The position numbers were made by a program, and so were the translations under genes. A DNA stretch of 63,825 nt, the filler included, from Octopus bimaculoides (Eukaryota), in NCBI RefSeq assembly GCF_001194135.2. It is 8 parts of 6 records of this genome, joined end to end, with 100 filler letters (N's around TTAATTAATTAA, not from the genome) between each part and the next. Parts side by side here need not be neighbours in the genome. Positions count along the whole stretch, not along the records: positions 23,000 to 46,872 come from NC_068983.1; 7 more parts are not named here. One strand, written 5' to 3'. A model generated the notes under the pieces. That model saw nothing but the letters and a program-made list of their open reading frames with translations, ran no database searches and was not told where the DNA came from. Shown here in pieces: positions 25,436-38,220 of this stretch. Numbering within the stretch: the stretch's first letter is position 1; the number at the start of each line of letters is the position of its first letter.

Positions 25436-25660
25436 TTAATATTGGATCATATTGTTTACCCCTTGTTGATCAAGTACACTCATAATCGAAGTTAGCTCCT
25501 TTCTTAAGAAGTTATGGTATGATTCAAGGGATATTTGGGCTGATATTTTGTCAGGTTTTGTGACCATATAGAAATTTTCTCCATCTAGGTCATATAGGAT
25601 CATGTTAAATATTCTGGCAAGATCAGCAAAATTAAAATGCATCATAGATGTATCTTGTAA
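25436..25660 (-). mobile_element. Possible decayed CR1/L2-type RT fragment
   Basis: DLARIFNMILYDL loosely aligns with the RT motif DFxKAFDxVPHDL, followed by a HNFL-like segment; could instead be a host exon. Confidence 0.35.
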
Positions 25661-27055
25661 TGCAAGTTAAATTCAGTTTAGAACTATGATTTTACTATTT
25701 TCCTTGGTGCCTTTCCACTAGAGATCAACACACACTCAATTCCATTCTATACTTAATTCTAATCTGAATCTAGAGCTGTCACATAGCTTTTTTTTTTTTT
25801 GGCTAGAATTAGTCATGTGAATAATCAGCTCTTCTTATCAATTTTAACTGTAATTTCTTAGTTCACTGCATCAAGTATGTTATAGTCCACTTTAGTATTA
25901 AATAATTTGACTATTCCCTTTTTGGTGTAGGGTTTTTGTTCTCTTAATATCTTATAACTGATACTATTGGTGTTCAGAATTACATAAGTTTGGTGATGAA
26001 TCACTTCCATTTGAAGACACAGAAAATTTTTTTGCATCTTTATGTAGTGTTCGATCTAATTTTGTATGGTGGGTGTTCAATAGAACCATTTCTGTAATGA
26101 CTATAAAATCTAGCCTAAAACTTGAAATAAATTATTCTTCAATTTCTTTACATTTTTAGTAACTCTCATATTTTTATGAATATACAGTTTTATATTTTAG
26201 GTAATATTAATGGTGTAAGAAGTTCTGTAAACAAGGAATAATTATAATATATAATAATTAAAACCAACATCACACTTACTAATTTTTATCAATTAGTCGA
26301 GAGAAGGATCATCAAAATAACTTTCATTTTAATGCCAATCAAAGAGCAAAATACTGGTTTCACAAGAAAAAATAAATAAAAAGGTGTGCAACATTACATG
26401 ATAAACAGTATCAAAAATCCTCCTCATTGTTTGTGTCTGTCTGATGTGCTTCATTCTTAGTCAAGCAGTGTTGATAAATATTAATTCAGAAGTTCCAAAA
26501 TCTAACATATGAAGCTGGTTTGCACATAGTCTGTATTCATTATGAACTTTCAATGTCAATTTTATGTACAAAAAAAAATGTGTCAGGTGTAGAGTGCAAT
26601 GTATACACAACTAAACTAACTGCAAAGCTATTCTGTAGATAAATCTTACAACATAATTTCTGTGCAACTGGTGGCAAAGTGCACATCAAAGGAAGATAAA
26701 GTAGTAGCAACTTATTCCACTGTAACCTGATAATTCATAGAATAAATCTGTAGTGAAGCTTGTAGAGAAGTGGTAAAAGTCAATATTCACTTCTTTTTTG
26801 ATAATATCATAATTAGTTTATGCACAGAATAGTTTCATGAACAGTCCATTATGAAGTTCATCTGGAGTGAAGAGTTACAAGTGCCACCAAGTTAGAAATA
26901 AAAGGTTTGCTAGTTAAATCTGGAAGGTGGCACTAACTGCAAGCAGTTTTCGAAGGAATATTCAGTATGATGTTTGTTGTCACTGCATACTCAACATAAT
27001 ACCCCAGGTTTAATACCTTACCTTATTGACAAAATGTTTTCAAATCTTTTATTTT

Positions 27056-27211
27056 CATTATTTACATTTGACGGATATTTGTCCTCATCTTGTTTGTTGT
27101 TAATACAACATTTCAATTGAAATACCTTCCAGCCTTCATCAAGTGTCTTGGGGAAATTTCAAACCTGGGTTTTCATTCCTAAGGTATTATTTGATGTTAT
27201 TATTATTATTA

Positions 27212-27250
<39 letters not shown>

Positions 27251-27393
27251 TCACTGCCTGGAACTCGGAATCTTGCAGTTAGTAGCCCGCGCTCTTAACC
27301 ACTACACCACTACACCATATGCCCACTATATGCATATTGGTTAAGAGTGCAGGCTACTAACTCCAAGATTTCGAGTTCAATTCCAGGCAGTGA

Positions 27394-27450
<57 letters not shown>

Positions 27451-27648
27451 CAACAACAACAGCAACATCGAAAAATACCTTAGGAATGAGAACCCAGGTT
27501 CGAAATTTCCCCAAGACACCTGATGAAGGCTGGAGGATATATCAGCCGAAACACTGTGTTAACAACAAACATGATGAAGACAAATATCTGTCAAATGTAA
27601 ATAATGTGAAAAATGTACATAATTCCTCATCTCTTAAATATAGAACTG
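27056..27648. mobile_element. Palindromic head-to-head dimer of a tRNA-headed, hammerhead-bearing element
   Basis: Left arm (~27056-27325) is the reverse complement of the right arm (~27325-27607); each arm has a tRNA-like head, (AAT)n and a hammerhead tail. Confidence 0.85.
27515..27560 (+). ncRNA. Minimal type I hammerhead ribozyme motif (degenerate cleavage triplet)
   Basis: GACAC-CTGATGA-A-GGCTG-gaggatatat-CAGCC-GAAAC-ACT-GTGTT: canonical core, 5-bp stem II and stem I GACAC/GTGTT. The left arm has GTT at the triplet position. Confidence 0.75.
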
Positions 27649-29784
27649 TCTTTTATTTTCTGTAAAGGTTGGGTAATATTCTACTTTATACAGAACAAAC
27701 TGGTTAGAACTCATATATTTCCACATATAATTTTGGTTTTGTTGTTATTGCCAGCTCAGATTAACCAAACCTAGGATTAATAATATTCTATAGCCATGAC
27801 CATCCCATCTTTTATTAAGACATCATGTATCTAGAACTAGATTATATAGTGTTTTCTTCCTTTTCTTTTAAGATATTAGGATATGATTTATGGAAGATTT
27901 GGGTGCAATTTCTAGCAAGTTACTTTGAAGAAAATCCTTATAGGTTCATCTTTTATATAAGTGAGAAATAATTAATTAAAGAAATTAGCATTTTTGAGTA
28001 CAGTTTTATTTCTTTTTATTTTTTATTTTTTGCATCTCCTTTATAATTTTTTTATCTGACAAAGAGCCCATCACAAAATATTAAAATTCTCTTCACTTTA
28101 TAAGCCCATTCATTATTGAACTGATTTTCACAGCACTGACCACACAGTTTCCTAGGACTGAATGCTTTATTTATTCATATCTATAATCACTGAGAATTTT
28201 TAATAATTTTTCACTTCACAATTCACATGCATTGAAACAACTATCTAAATAATTATTAACAAATTCAGAAAACTTTCTATCAATCTGGGCATATTTTCAC
28301 AATATAATCTTTCTTGGAGTGTTAGGCACATTTTACTCTTCATCTGTTAATTTGCTATAAATTTTTTTAAAAACCTGTTAAATTGCTTGAGAACCATTAT
28401 CCTGTAATGAAAGAAATTTCTGTCATAGAATTTTCTATTTCTGGCATTCTTCTAAACTGCTTTTTGTTTTCTCATGGTTTATAAGCATCTATCTCAGATT
28501 TCAAAATGTTTTATAGTAGTCAAATTATAATTTTTATTGCTTCTTTTTTCTGGTTTTGAAATAACACTATTTTTAAACCATATTTGAAAATTCCATTTGT
28601 GTTTGGAACCCTTTTCAGAACATGTTAAAATCTATCATATTTATATTACTTCAACAGCATGATTTTATTTATAGCAGAGTTACTGCGGATGATAGATGAA
28701 CATTTGCTCTAGAATAAGGAATCTCTCAGTTCAAATGCCAAACAATATTGCTATCATTTAGAAGCCATTTTTCCCTGCTGACAATATCAAGATGATTCCT
28801 CTTAATCATTTGTGGCATTTTCCCATTATATCTGGACTGCGGCATATTAAATTTGTTCATACAGGTGATATTAAGATATTTAATGGTGCCATTTGTCATG
28901 CTTCAGTAAAGCAGTATATTTTATGGTTTGGTGCACTTCTAAGCATCAACCCTTTGAAGAGAGTATTTGAACCTAGATTTGGTCACCCCGACCAATCAAG
29001 GTTTACTGGCTAGTGATAATGGCACAAAGGAAAAACAAAACAAGTGAAAATTCTGGAGTAAAAAAAAAAAGTTTTTGTTACCTCTGTAATTGTTAATAAA
29101 GCAAATATTCTTGCTAATAATATATAATTATATTGATAATATCAAATAAAATTCAGATGACATCCAAAAGTTGTACTCAACTCTAAGCTTTTCTTCTAAT
29201 ATTTAAGCCTTTAAACAAATGGGTGTACAATATGCATTAATTTAAAATGTATAGACAAAAAAAAAAAAATGCATTATTTAAGGTTGAAACTAAATTTATA
29301 TTTTGCTCTACAAGTCAATAAAATTTATCAAGTTTATCAAACAATGAGTAATTAATAAAATTCTGATATGAACCATTAATTATAGCAAAATACAATGCTA
29401 TGCATTAAGAAAGCAGATAAGAAAAGATATAGCAAAAAGGTATACATAAAAGTTTATTACAAATGGGTATTTTCAAAAACTGCAAAAAAAGTATATTTAC
29501 TCATTTATTGTTTTATATTTTTACATTTGTTTTCCATATTATCACAGATAGGGCATTTTTCTAAATTTGGATATTGACTTGAAGTGTTAGTGTTTCTACA
29601 GTTGGATGTCACATTTTATTAATCTCGTATTGGCAAATCCAGTTATGGTATGTGACAGCACAGTAAATGCAAACAGGACTGTGGCATTGTCCACGATGAA
29701 GCACAAGCTAAACAGGGTGAAGTACAAGCAAAACAGAGCAAAAAAAAAAAACAATAAAAAACCTACATAAGTGTGTGCAAAGTC

Positions 29785-30865
29785 ATAATATGTGAAAGAA
29801 AGGAAATGGTATTGGCATTTTAGTGTCCTTTTTCAAGAAAGATGGAAGAGGAGTAAGATAATAGAAAAAAAAATTGGACAGCAAAGAAAGCAATGTAAGA
29901 TGCTCAAAGAAGTATACTGTGCAATGGCTGACAAGAAGTGAGTACACTTGGTAGCTTCTAGTAGAGAAATGTAGACATGCATTAAGAGAAATAAATGTGG
30001 AAGCAATATGGTGAAGTATGTGTGGCATGTGTGTGTGTGATTTAGTAGAAAAAAGTGTGTTAGAGAGGTTGTGTATATATATAAGTCTATACGTGGTTAT
30101 CTGCAATAGTGGAGAATTAAGTGTATGAAAAATTGGTGGGTGTGATAATGCATGGGTTGTGTGAACAAGGTGTAAAAATGTGTGAGTGATGTGGGGTGTA
30201 CAGATGAAAAAGGTTGGTGTGGAGTGAATGTATAAGACTTTATCAGTGTGTGTGTGTGTGTGTGTGTGTGACAAGAGGGAGGTTTAGAGGAAAGCAAGTC
30301 CATTGGTGATTACTTGACAGAATGGCCATGTTAAGGTGGAAGGTTAACTGTTGTTCCTAACATATACTAAAAAGGGAAAGGTTGTTGCATTGAACAAACC
30401 CTCAAACAGCAAGACAAAGGTGAGAGTACCCAAGGGAATTGAAGTAATTAGCTGTAGGCCTGAGTAGTCTGATGCTGTTGTTCAGATATCTAACAAATGT
30501 TCACTAAAGTGATCACCTGGCCTCTGACCTGTTTTGTCTATGCACAGTAATTTAAAGATGGCATTTTATGGAAAGATGACCTAGAAATATGTAGGGTCGT
30601 GATTTCCTAGATGACAGAAAAGTTGCCAAGATGTGAGTGGAAGCAGACAAAGATCCAGATTGGGTGTGGCAAGGGGGTGAAAAATCTGTGGACTGGAGGA
30701 TCACCCAGGTTGTGGCTGGTCCATAGGAAGGGAGAAGATATTCAGAAAATGTGATGACAGTTTCATAAGATGACATGCGAGGAAGGTTGGATAGTAGAAA
30801 GGAATGTGAAAAGCAGCACAGAAAAGGAGATATCCAAGAAAAATTCCATGGTGATGGGAGCTGTG
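29785..30865 (-). mobile_element. Decayed Penelope-like element 3' portion (RT C-terminus, GIY-YIG, UTR)
   Basis: rc translation FFLDISFS and LCIDKTGQRPGDHFSEHLLDI (compare YIGETGRRLGDRFxEHL); UTR matches 31800-32230. Confidence 0.7.
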
Positions 30866-32230
30866 AAATTTGAAACTCCTTCCAACCAATTATAGAATTC
30901 ACATCTACGATATCCAACTATTCTGACATCTTGGACACCTCTGTTTCTATTGACAACCTCCAGCCTGTATACCTTCTTCTTTTACAAACCTATTGACTCA
31001 CACCCTTACTTTGATTTCACCTCATCCCACCTCACTTACATCAAGTCCACTATCTCCTTACAATTCTTCTGCTACTGCAGCTAAGATGTTAATCCCTACA
31101 AATGGTTCACTTCTTCCTACAACTAGCTTTTGGTACTACTTGTTATTAACCCCACACTGCTGATCATACCTCACTTTGCTATCTGTACCAGTGCCACAAA
31201 CATCACTTGTTTTTGATCTCACCACCTGTGCACATCCTATAAAACTCACCATCCTTTAAGACTTTCATCTTCTCTAATCTGTTACCTCTTACATCTTTCC
31301 TGAATACTCTCTCTCTCTCTCTTCCTTCAGATGCAATCACAAAGTAGGAAACCTTGTGTTCCACATTTACTTCACTCCTTGTAATATCCAACTAAGATCC
31401 TTTGCTTATACCTTTATCCAGAACAACAATACTCTGCATGGTCCTAGGTCATCTTCCCATGTTACAGAGTCAGCACTTCACCAACATATCCATAAATGTC
31501 ATTTAGTATGCCATATGCCAACTCTATGATCTACTGTATATAGATGAAACTGGTCAGAGGCTGGTTGTTCATTTTGGCTAATATATGTTGGAGATCAACT
31601 GTAACAGCACTGGATCACTCAAACTTGAAGATTTCTGCTACTCTCACCTTTATGTCACTGTTTTCTGGCTTGTACAATGCAGCGTCTTCCTGCTGTCCAG
31701 CTTTGTTGGGAACAACAGTTAATTTGCTGTTTGAACACAGCCACTTGCTTTCCTTTACTCTCACTCACAAGATACTGATAAACACCCATACATGCACTTC
31801 ACATCCATCTTTACCACCTATCCACTCTACATTATGATACCTTATTCATACCACCCACATATTATTATGCCTTATTCATACTATCAATACATTATTAATA
31901 CACCTTATTCACACTCACACACTTAATTCCCCACTATTATACACACATACACATTTGCACACAACCTCTCTCACATACTTGATTCCTTACTATATCACAC
32001 ACATACACATGCCGTACACTTATTTTCCTCAGTATATGTCTGCTCTTCCCTGCTAAAAACCACCAACCCTCCTCACTTTCTGTTTGCCAATTTGTACACG
32101 CTGCTTCTCTGAGAATCCCACAGTGCATTTTTTCCTTCCGAAATTCTTCTTTCTCTTCTTCCATCTACCTCGATAAACTAAAACTAGTCGAAATGCCAAT
32201 ATCACTTCCTTTCTTCCTCAGTATATAATT
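30865..32230 (+). mobile_element. Decayed Penelope-like element 3' portion
   Basis: NSFQPIIEFTSTISNYSDILDTSVSI, FYKPIDSHPYFDFTSSH (PLE RT thumb motif YKPTDS..SSH) and LLYIDETGQRL (second GIY-YIG motif). Confidence 0.8.
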
Positions 32231-33360
32231 TTTTTGTTTTTTTTTTTGTTTTGTTTTTGCTTGTGTCTAATTTATTGTCAACTAGTCTTTTCTGAGAGGT
32301 AGGTTTACATTAGGAAACTTGTAATCATGTGATCTGCCTAAGTACACTACACAATAAATATCTAAAATGTCCCATAGTTGTGATCTGTAATTTATAGTCA
32401 AGTAATCTAATAGTAAAAAGTATTTAACTGCTTTGTCAGAAATTCTCAAAAGAATAAATGTGGTATCAGATTAAGAGATTTAAGACTATAATAACATCCC
32501 TTTCTCCCAGAGAGTTTTCTCCATCAAAACAGAATATAAAAATTAAAAACAAATCCTCTCCCAAAAGATGAAAACAAAATATAAACAAGAATATATACAA
32601 ATAAACAGAAATTGAATTTAATGTTTCATAGAAATTTTCAAATTTATTAAATTTTTATATTCATTAGCAAGTGTACCAATATTTTAATTAAGTTTAGTAT
32701 GCTTGTTTTCTTTGTTATTTTTTGTTGCATTTTATCAGAAATTTAAATTAATAAAGAAGAAAATATTTTGTTAAACACCGACAAGTCAAAATCAAGCAAT
32801 GTAAATAATATATTTTTTTTGCTTTAAATTAGTTTCCACAAAAATGATATTGTCATAGGTGACCATTAAATTCAAGCAAGCTAACCTACAGTATTACATT
32901 TTAAATTAATTTATGTATGCATATGTTTGGAAATGTGTGATTATAATGTAAAAAATAAAAATAATAATATTAATAAAGCAAAGATAAATACAAAAAAAAT
33001 TTTTTTTAAATTCTCAAATGCAATATTATTATAATGTTGGTGATATTAATTTGCAGAAACCTTAAAAGGCAATATAAATAATACAGAAGTAAATAAATAA
33101 GTAAATAACAAAGCAGTGTCTTTTATACTATCAGTAAACAAATTAGGAAACATAAAAAAAAAAACAAAAAAACTTTGAAGATAATACTGCAGCAGCAGAA
33201 GGGGCAGGGAGAGAGTTACCCAGTAACTTTGAGTCAAATTCAAAGTAGGGGTTGGAGTGGGAGGATAAAAGTGCAAAAAAAAAAATGGGAGAAAAAAAAT
33301 CAAAACTTGGTACCGGAATGGATGGGTCCACAGCACTAAGCTATAATTTCCGGTACTTAC

Positions 33361-33408
33361 TTGCATTTCTGGATTTTCTCCGTCAGCACACTCAGCAGAG
33401 ACTCTTCC
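33361..33408 (-). CDS. Candidate 48-nt internal exon of an unidentified gene (EESLLSVLTEKIQKC or GRVSAECADGENPEMQ)
   Basis: Acceptor TTCTTTATTTTCTAACTCTACAG|G with a CTAAC branch point, donor CAA|GTAAGT, frame-preserving length, GC higher than flanks. Confidence 0.4.
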
Positions 33409-33820
33409 CTGTAGAGTTAGAAAATAAAGAAGCTCTAGAGAAAATTGTTGTGGCTCAAATACTTTGGAAATCCTTATCAATTCTACAGAGAATGGTTTTC
33501 GTTGTACTGCTTGCTGCTAATAATGTAAGTTATTGAGATGATGGGATAAAGAGAGAGAGAGAGAGAGGAAATTTTACTATTCATATCTCATGAGATTCTA
33601 TGCAAGCTCTGAAGAGTGTCTTCATGTGAATATATTGTAACTGTAAAAACTGTTGCTGCAGTGAATTGGAATTTTGCAAAATGTAACAGCAACACTTCAG
33701 CTTTTACTAGCATTTAGTATAACATACTCTGTACGTGTGTATGTGTATGTATAAATACATATATGACTGTATGTATATATGTGTATGTGTATGCATATAT
33801 ATATATGTGTATATATACAT

Positions 33821-33883
<63 letters not shown>

Positions 33884-34317
33884 NNNNNNNNNNNNNNNNN
33901 NNNNNNNNNNNNNNNNNNNNNNNNNNNNNNNNNNNNNNNNNNNNNNNNNNNNNNNNNNNNNNNNNNNNNNNNNNNNNNNNNNNNNNNNNNNNNNNNNNNN
34001 NNNNNNNNNNNNNNNNNNNNNNNNNNNNNNNNNNNNNNNNNNNNNNNNNNNNNNNNNNNNNNNNNNNNNNNNNNNNNNNNNNNNNNNNNNNNNNNNNNNN
34101 NNNNNNNNNNNNNNNNNNNNNNNNNNNNNNNNNNNNNNNNNNNNNNNNNNNNNNNNNNNNNNNNNNNNNNNNNNNNNNNNNNNNNNNNNNNNNNNNNNNN
34201 NNNNNNNNNNNNNNNNNNNNNNNNNNNNNNNNNNNNNNNNNNNNNNNNNNNNNNNNNNNNNNNNNNNNNNNNNNNNNNNNNNNNNNNNNNNNNNNNNNNN
34301 NNNNNNNNNNNNNNNNN

Positions 34318-34386
<69 letters not shown>

Positions 34387-36851
34387 TAAAATAAACAATG
34401 CAGGTTCTAAGTTACAACAGGCTACCCACCACCAATAAAAAAAAAACAAATCATGCGAAGGTATTTTAAAGCCCACATCACATAAATATATCAATATAAC
34501 TAATCAAACTAAGCATGCAATATGTCTGTACATATATTACACACATATATATACATACATCTGCAGACAGATATGCAAGAAATAATTGCACACACAAATA
34601 CACCCACTCATACATGTACAAAATATTTATAAATTTTGATTTCTCATAGATTAATAGTATATAATTGAATAATATAAACAGTAGTTTATACATCATTAAC
34701 CTTTTTGAACTATTTGATGAAGTCACAACATTCATTAACTTAGATTGTACTGGATTTATTTGATTATTCCTTATTTATTTTAATGGTTGAGGCAGTGTAC
34801 AGTCTCTCACTGGGAATATTTTCATAGACTGGCAGAAAATTCATTTGCTTTTATCTTGCAGCTTAAGCTCCAATTAAAGAAGGCCTTAAGAGAATTGATT
34901 CAGTTGATTTATCAAGGAGGTGGCATAAGCACATCTAAACAGTCTTTGGGGATATGATGGAGCTAATAGTGTTGCCTATTGTACATGGATGTTTATTCGC
35001 ACTTCAGTAATGAATTACGAATATGTATGTATATATGTGTGCATTTTTGTTGCTAATTATTCGCTGAAAAATTTCAACTCCAACAAATTAGAATATGATA
35101 TCACTGAAATGGAATAATTAAAACTCTTGACACAAATACCAATTATTACCTGTATTTACATAATCATGTCACATAAAAATATATAACACAATATTTATAA
35201 ACTGCTTACAATTACAACTTGTGAAAGTGCAAAAACAGTGAAGAATAAGAGAAGGTGGGAAAATAGGGATAGTAATAATACACAATAACATTATTATTAA
35301 GTTAAGAATGAAATACAGTATGATTAACATAGGCTGATATTGAATAAGAAGAACTGGTTATGTCAAAGAAAATCCACCACCGAATGGTTTTAGCATTAAG
35401 ATTAGCAAGACAATAAAAGCAAGAAATTAAGGCAGTTGACACCATACCCTGATATGAGAAAAAAATAATAATAAACAAAAACAAATACAAAAAAATATCT
35501 ACTAATATCCTCAAGAGCTAACTGAAATTAAAGGAACACCTGGAAGGGAATTAATTAACTGATAAAGGTCAGGTGACTCCAACCTTTCATGACATGACAG
35601 TGCTAATAATAACAAAGATTGATCTATTGCTACAAGGGTAACAGGTGAAATAATATAGCAATTAGACCAGAATGCTAGATAAGCAAGATGCAATCAGTAA
35701 AGCAAAGTGATTCAAGTAGAAATGTCACTCATAACAAGAACAGTTCAGAAAGAGATATTAAATAATCCTAAAGTTTAGACTGAAGAATGAAAAAGAAAGG
35801 CAAAAAAAGAAATGTCCAGAAAAGACATCATGTAAATTAGTTTGTACTAGGAAATTAGAAAACAAATATCACACATTCTTAATTAAAACTATTGGAAATG
35901 TAATCAACAGAAATCTGCAATTATTTTGTTTTCTTTAAAGACCCTGTGAAAAGTCTTCAACTCAGACCTTATGAATAGTCAAATGTGTAATAAAAAAAAC
36001 AGTTATATGAAGATGGATGATAACTGAATCTGATGGATCTTTACTGAATCTTTCTCTCTTCAATCTTATTCTAGTCAATCTTAAAGCTCATGTAGTTGAT
36101 TCTGACCATGTTCCTGTATCCAACTGAACAAATTTTCAGTACAGAATCAACATCCCTGCTGAAATTTTAAATGTGATAATAAAGGCTTCAAGTTTAACAC
36201 ACTCTGCCACCATTAGACATATAAAAGAACAAAACTCTGAGCATAGATACAGTTAATGCTAAAGAGTCAGTTTTCAAAACATCCATGGTTCAATAGACTT
36301 AGGGATGCATCCAAATTAGAATGAAGGAAGGAATCTAAGTATGAAATAAACTGATTATAAGCAGTGTAAGTAACACGTGATGCAGAAATGTATTTCGTGT
36401 GGACTGATAGCAAACAAAGCAACTGTGCTATTATAGAACTGAGGTAGAGGATATATATGTGCTGTAATTTAAATAATCAAATCAGTAATGGTACAGGATT
36501 TGGGAAAGTAGAATGATAGATGATGATAGCTTCTTTCATTATTAGATCAACATTCCTGATATTTGTTCGTTCAAGCAAGGAACTGTGCTGGAAATAAGCT
36601 ATTTCTTTGTTTCTTAATTTTTCTCTTAAATATTGTCTTGATAATCAAATAAATAGTTATTGTACTTTGAAGGAAACAGAAAATACGCACAATAACACAC
36701 ACGCACAAACAACACACATACATTTCTGTGTGTGAAGGTGGTAGCAAAATGTTGATAATGGAAATCCTAGAAAATACTGGAGATGGAAAGCAGAGCTATG
36801 AAGTAGTTTATTTGCAACATAAATATATGAGAGAGGAGGGGAGGGAGTTCG

Positions 36852-37541
36852 ATGTTTTCTAAAGAGCCTAACAAGAAATAGGAATAAGCATTGTGATGTG
36901 AATTGATAATATGAGGTAGAAGAAAGCAACTGTAAAAAGGTTGATAAATAGAAGTGAGGAAATTATACAGAGTTACAACTGACCTAAGACATTTGGGGTT
37001 GACATAGGAAATAACCAAAGAATGATATAAAGATGGAAAGTGATTTTAAATATCTGATACATATTTGGATAGTACTTATACAAACACAGAAATACCACTT
37101 TATGGTCATTTTGAAATGCAAGAAAGAGCAGCCAAAATCTCCCTCAGATCATCACCCACCCCCCACTGTCTTTAATATAAACTGAAATAAAGTAGTTCTA
37201 TACATAACCTAGAATGATAGGGTGTTCACAGCTAAAATGTTTTTGATCATAGGTCTACTGGATCAGGGTTGACCTGGAACTAAACAATAACAAAAATAAC
37301 TGCAGCAGTAGAAGCAGCAGTAACAACAATATATTCCTAAAAATATATTGATCGCTATGTTCAAAAATGTACTGCAACTTAGCAATTAACTTATTTAAAA
37401 TTTTTTTCATTTTAACAAAGTTACAATAAGAGTTGCAATGTTTTCTAAAGAGCCTAACAAGAAATAGGAATAAGCATTGTGAAGTGAATTGATAATATGA
37501 AGTAGAAGAAAGCAACTGTAAAAAGGTTGATAAATAGAAGT
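36852..37541. repeat. 104-bp near-identical direct repeats 586 bp apart
   Basis: 36852-36955 and 37438-37541 differ at two positions. Confidence 0.9.
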
Positions 37542-37586
37542 TTATATATACATGCATGCAAGAACATACAAAACAAATATAATAAC

Positions 37587-38220
37587 TGGCATGGCTGTGT
37601 GGTAAGAAGTTTGCTTCCCAATCACATGATTCCAGGTTCAGTCCCACAGTGTAACACTTGACACCTTGGGCAAGTGTCTTCTACTATTGCTTCAGACTGT
37701 CCAAGGCTTGTGAGTGGATTTGGTAGATGGAAACTGAAAGTTGTTTAAGGCGGCGAGCTGGCAGAAACATTACCTTGCCGGGCGAAATGCTTAGCAGTAT
37801 TTCATCTGCCGTTACGTTCTGAGTTCAAATTCTGCCAAGGCCGACTTTGCCTTTCATCCTTTCGGAGTCGATAAATTAAGTACCAGTTACACACTGGGGT
37901 CGATGTAATCGACTTAGTCCCTTTGTCTGTCCTTGTTTGTCCCCTCTATGTTTAGCCCCTTGTGGGCAATAAAGAAATTGGAAACTGAAAGTTGCTTTTG
38001 GGGGTGGGGTGTGTGCTTGTGTGTCACCACTTGGTAACTGGTGTTGGTGTGTTAATGTCCTCATAATTTAGTGCTTCAGCAAAAGAGATTGCTAGAATAA
38101 GTATCAGGCTTTACAAAAAAATAATAAGTACTGGGGCCAATTTCTTCAGCTAAAATTCTTCAAGGCAGTAATCTCGCATGGGCACAATCTAATGACTGGA
38201 CAAGTAAAACATAAAAGATA
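37587..38220 (+). mobile_element. Old SINE B containing a young SINE A (37749-37978)
   Basis: 16-bp TSD TGGAAACTGAAAGTTG at 37728-37743 and 37979-37994. Confidence 0.9.

Noticed and set aside
26280-26355. Minus-strand acceptor/donor pair
   Set aside because: Stops in all frames.
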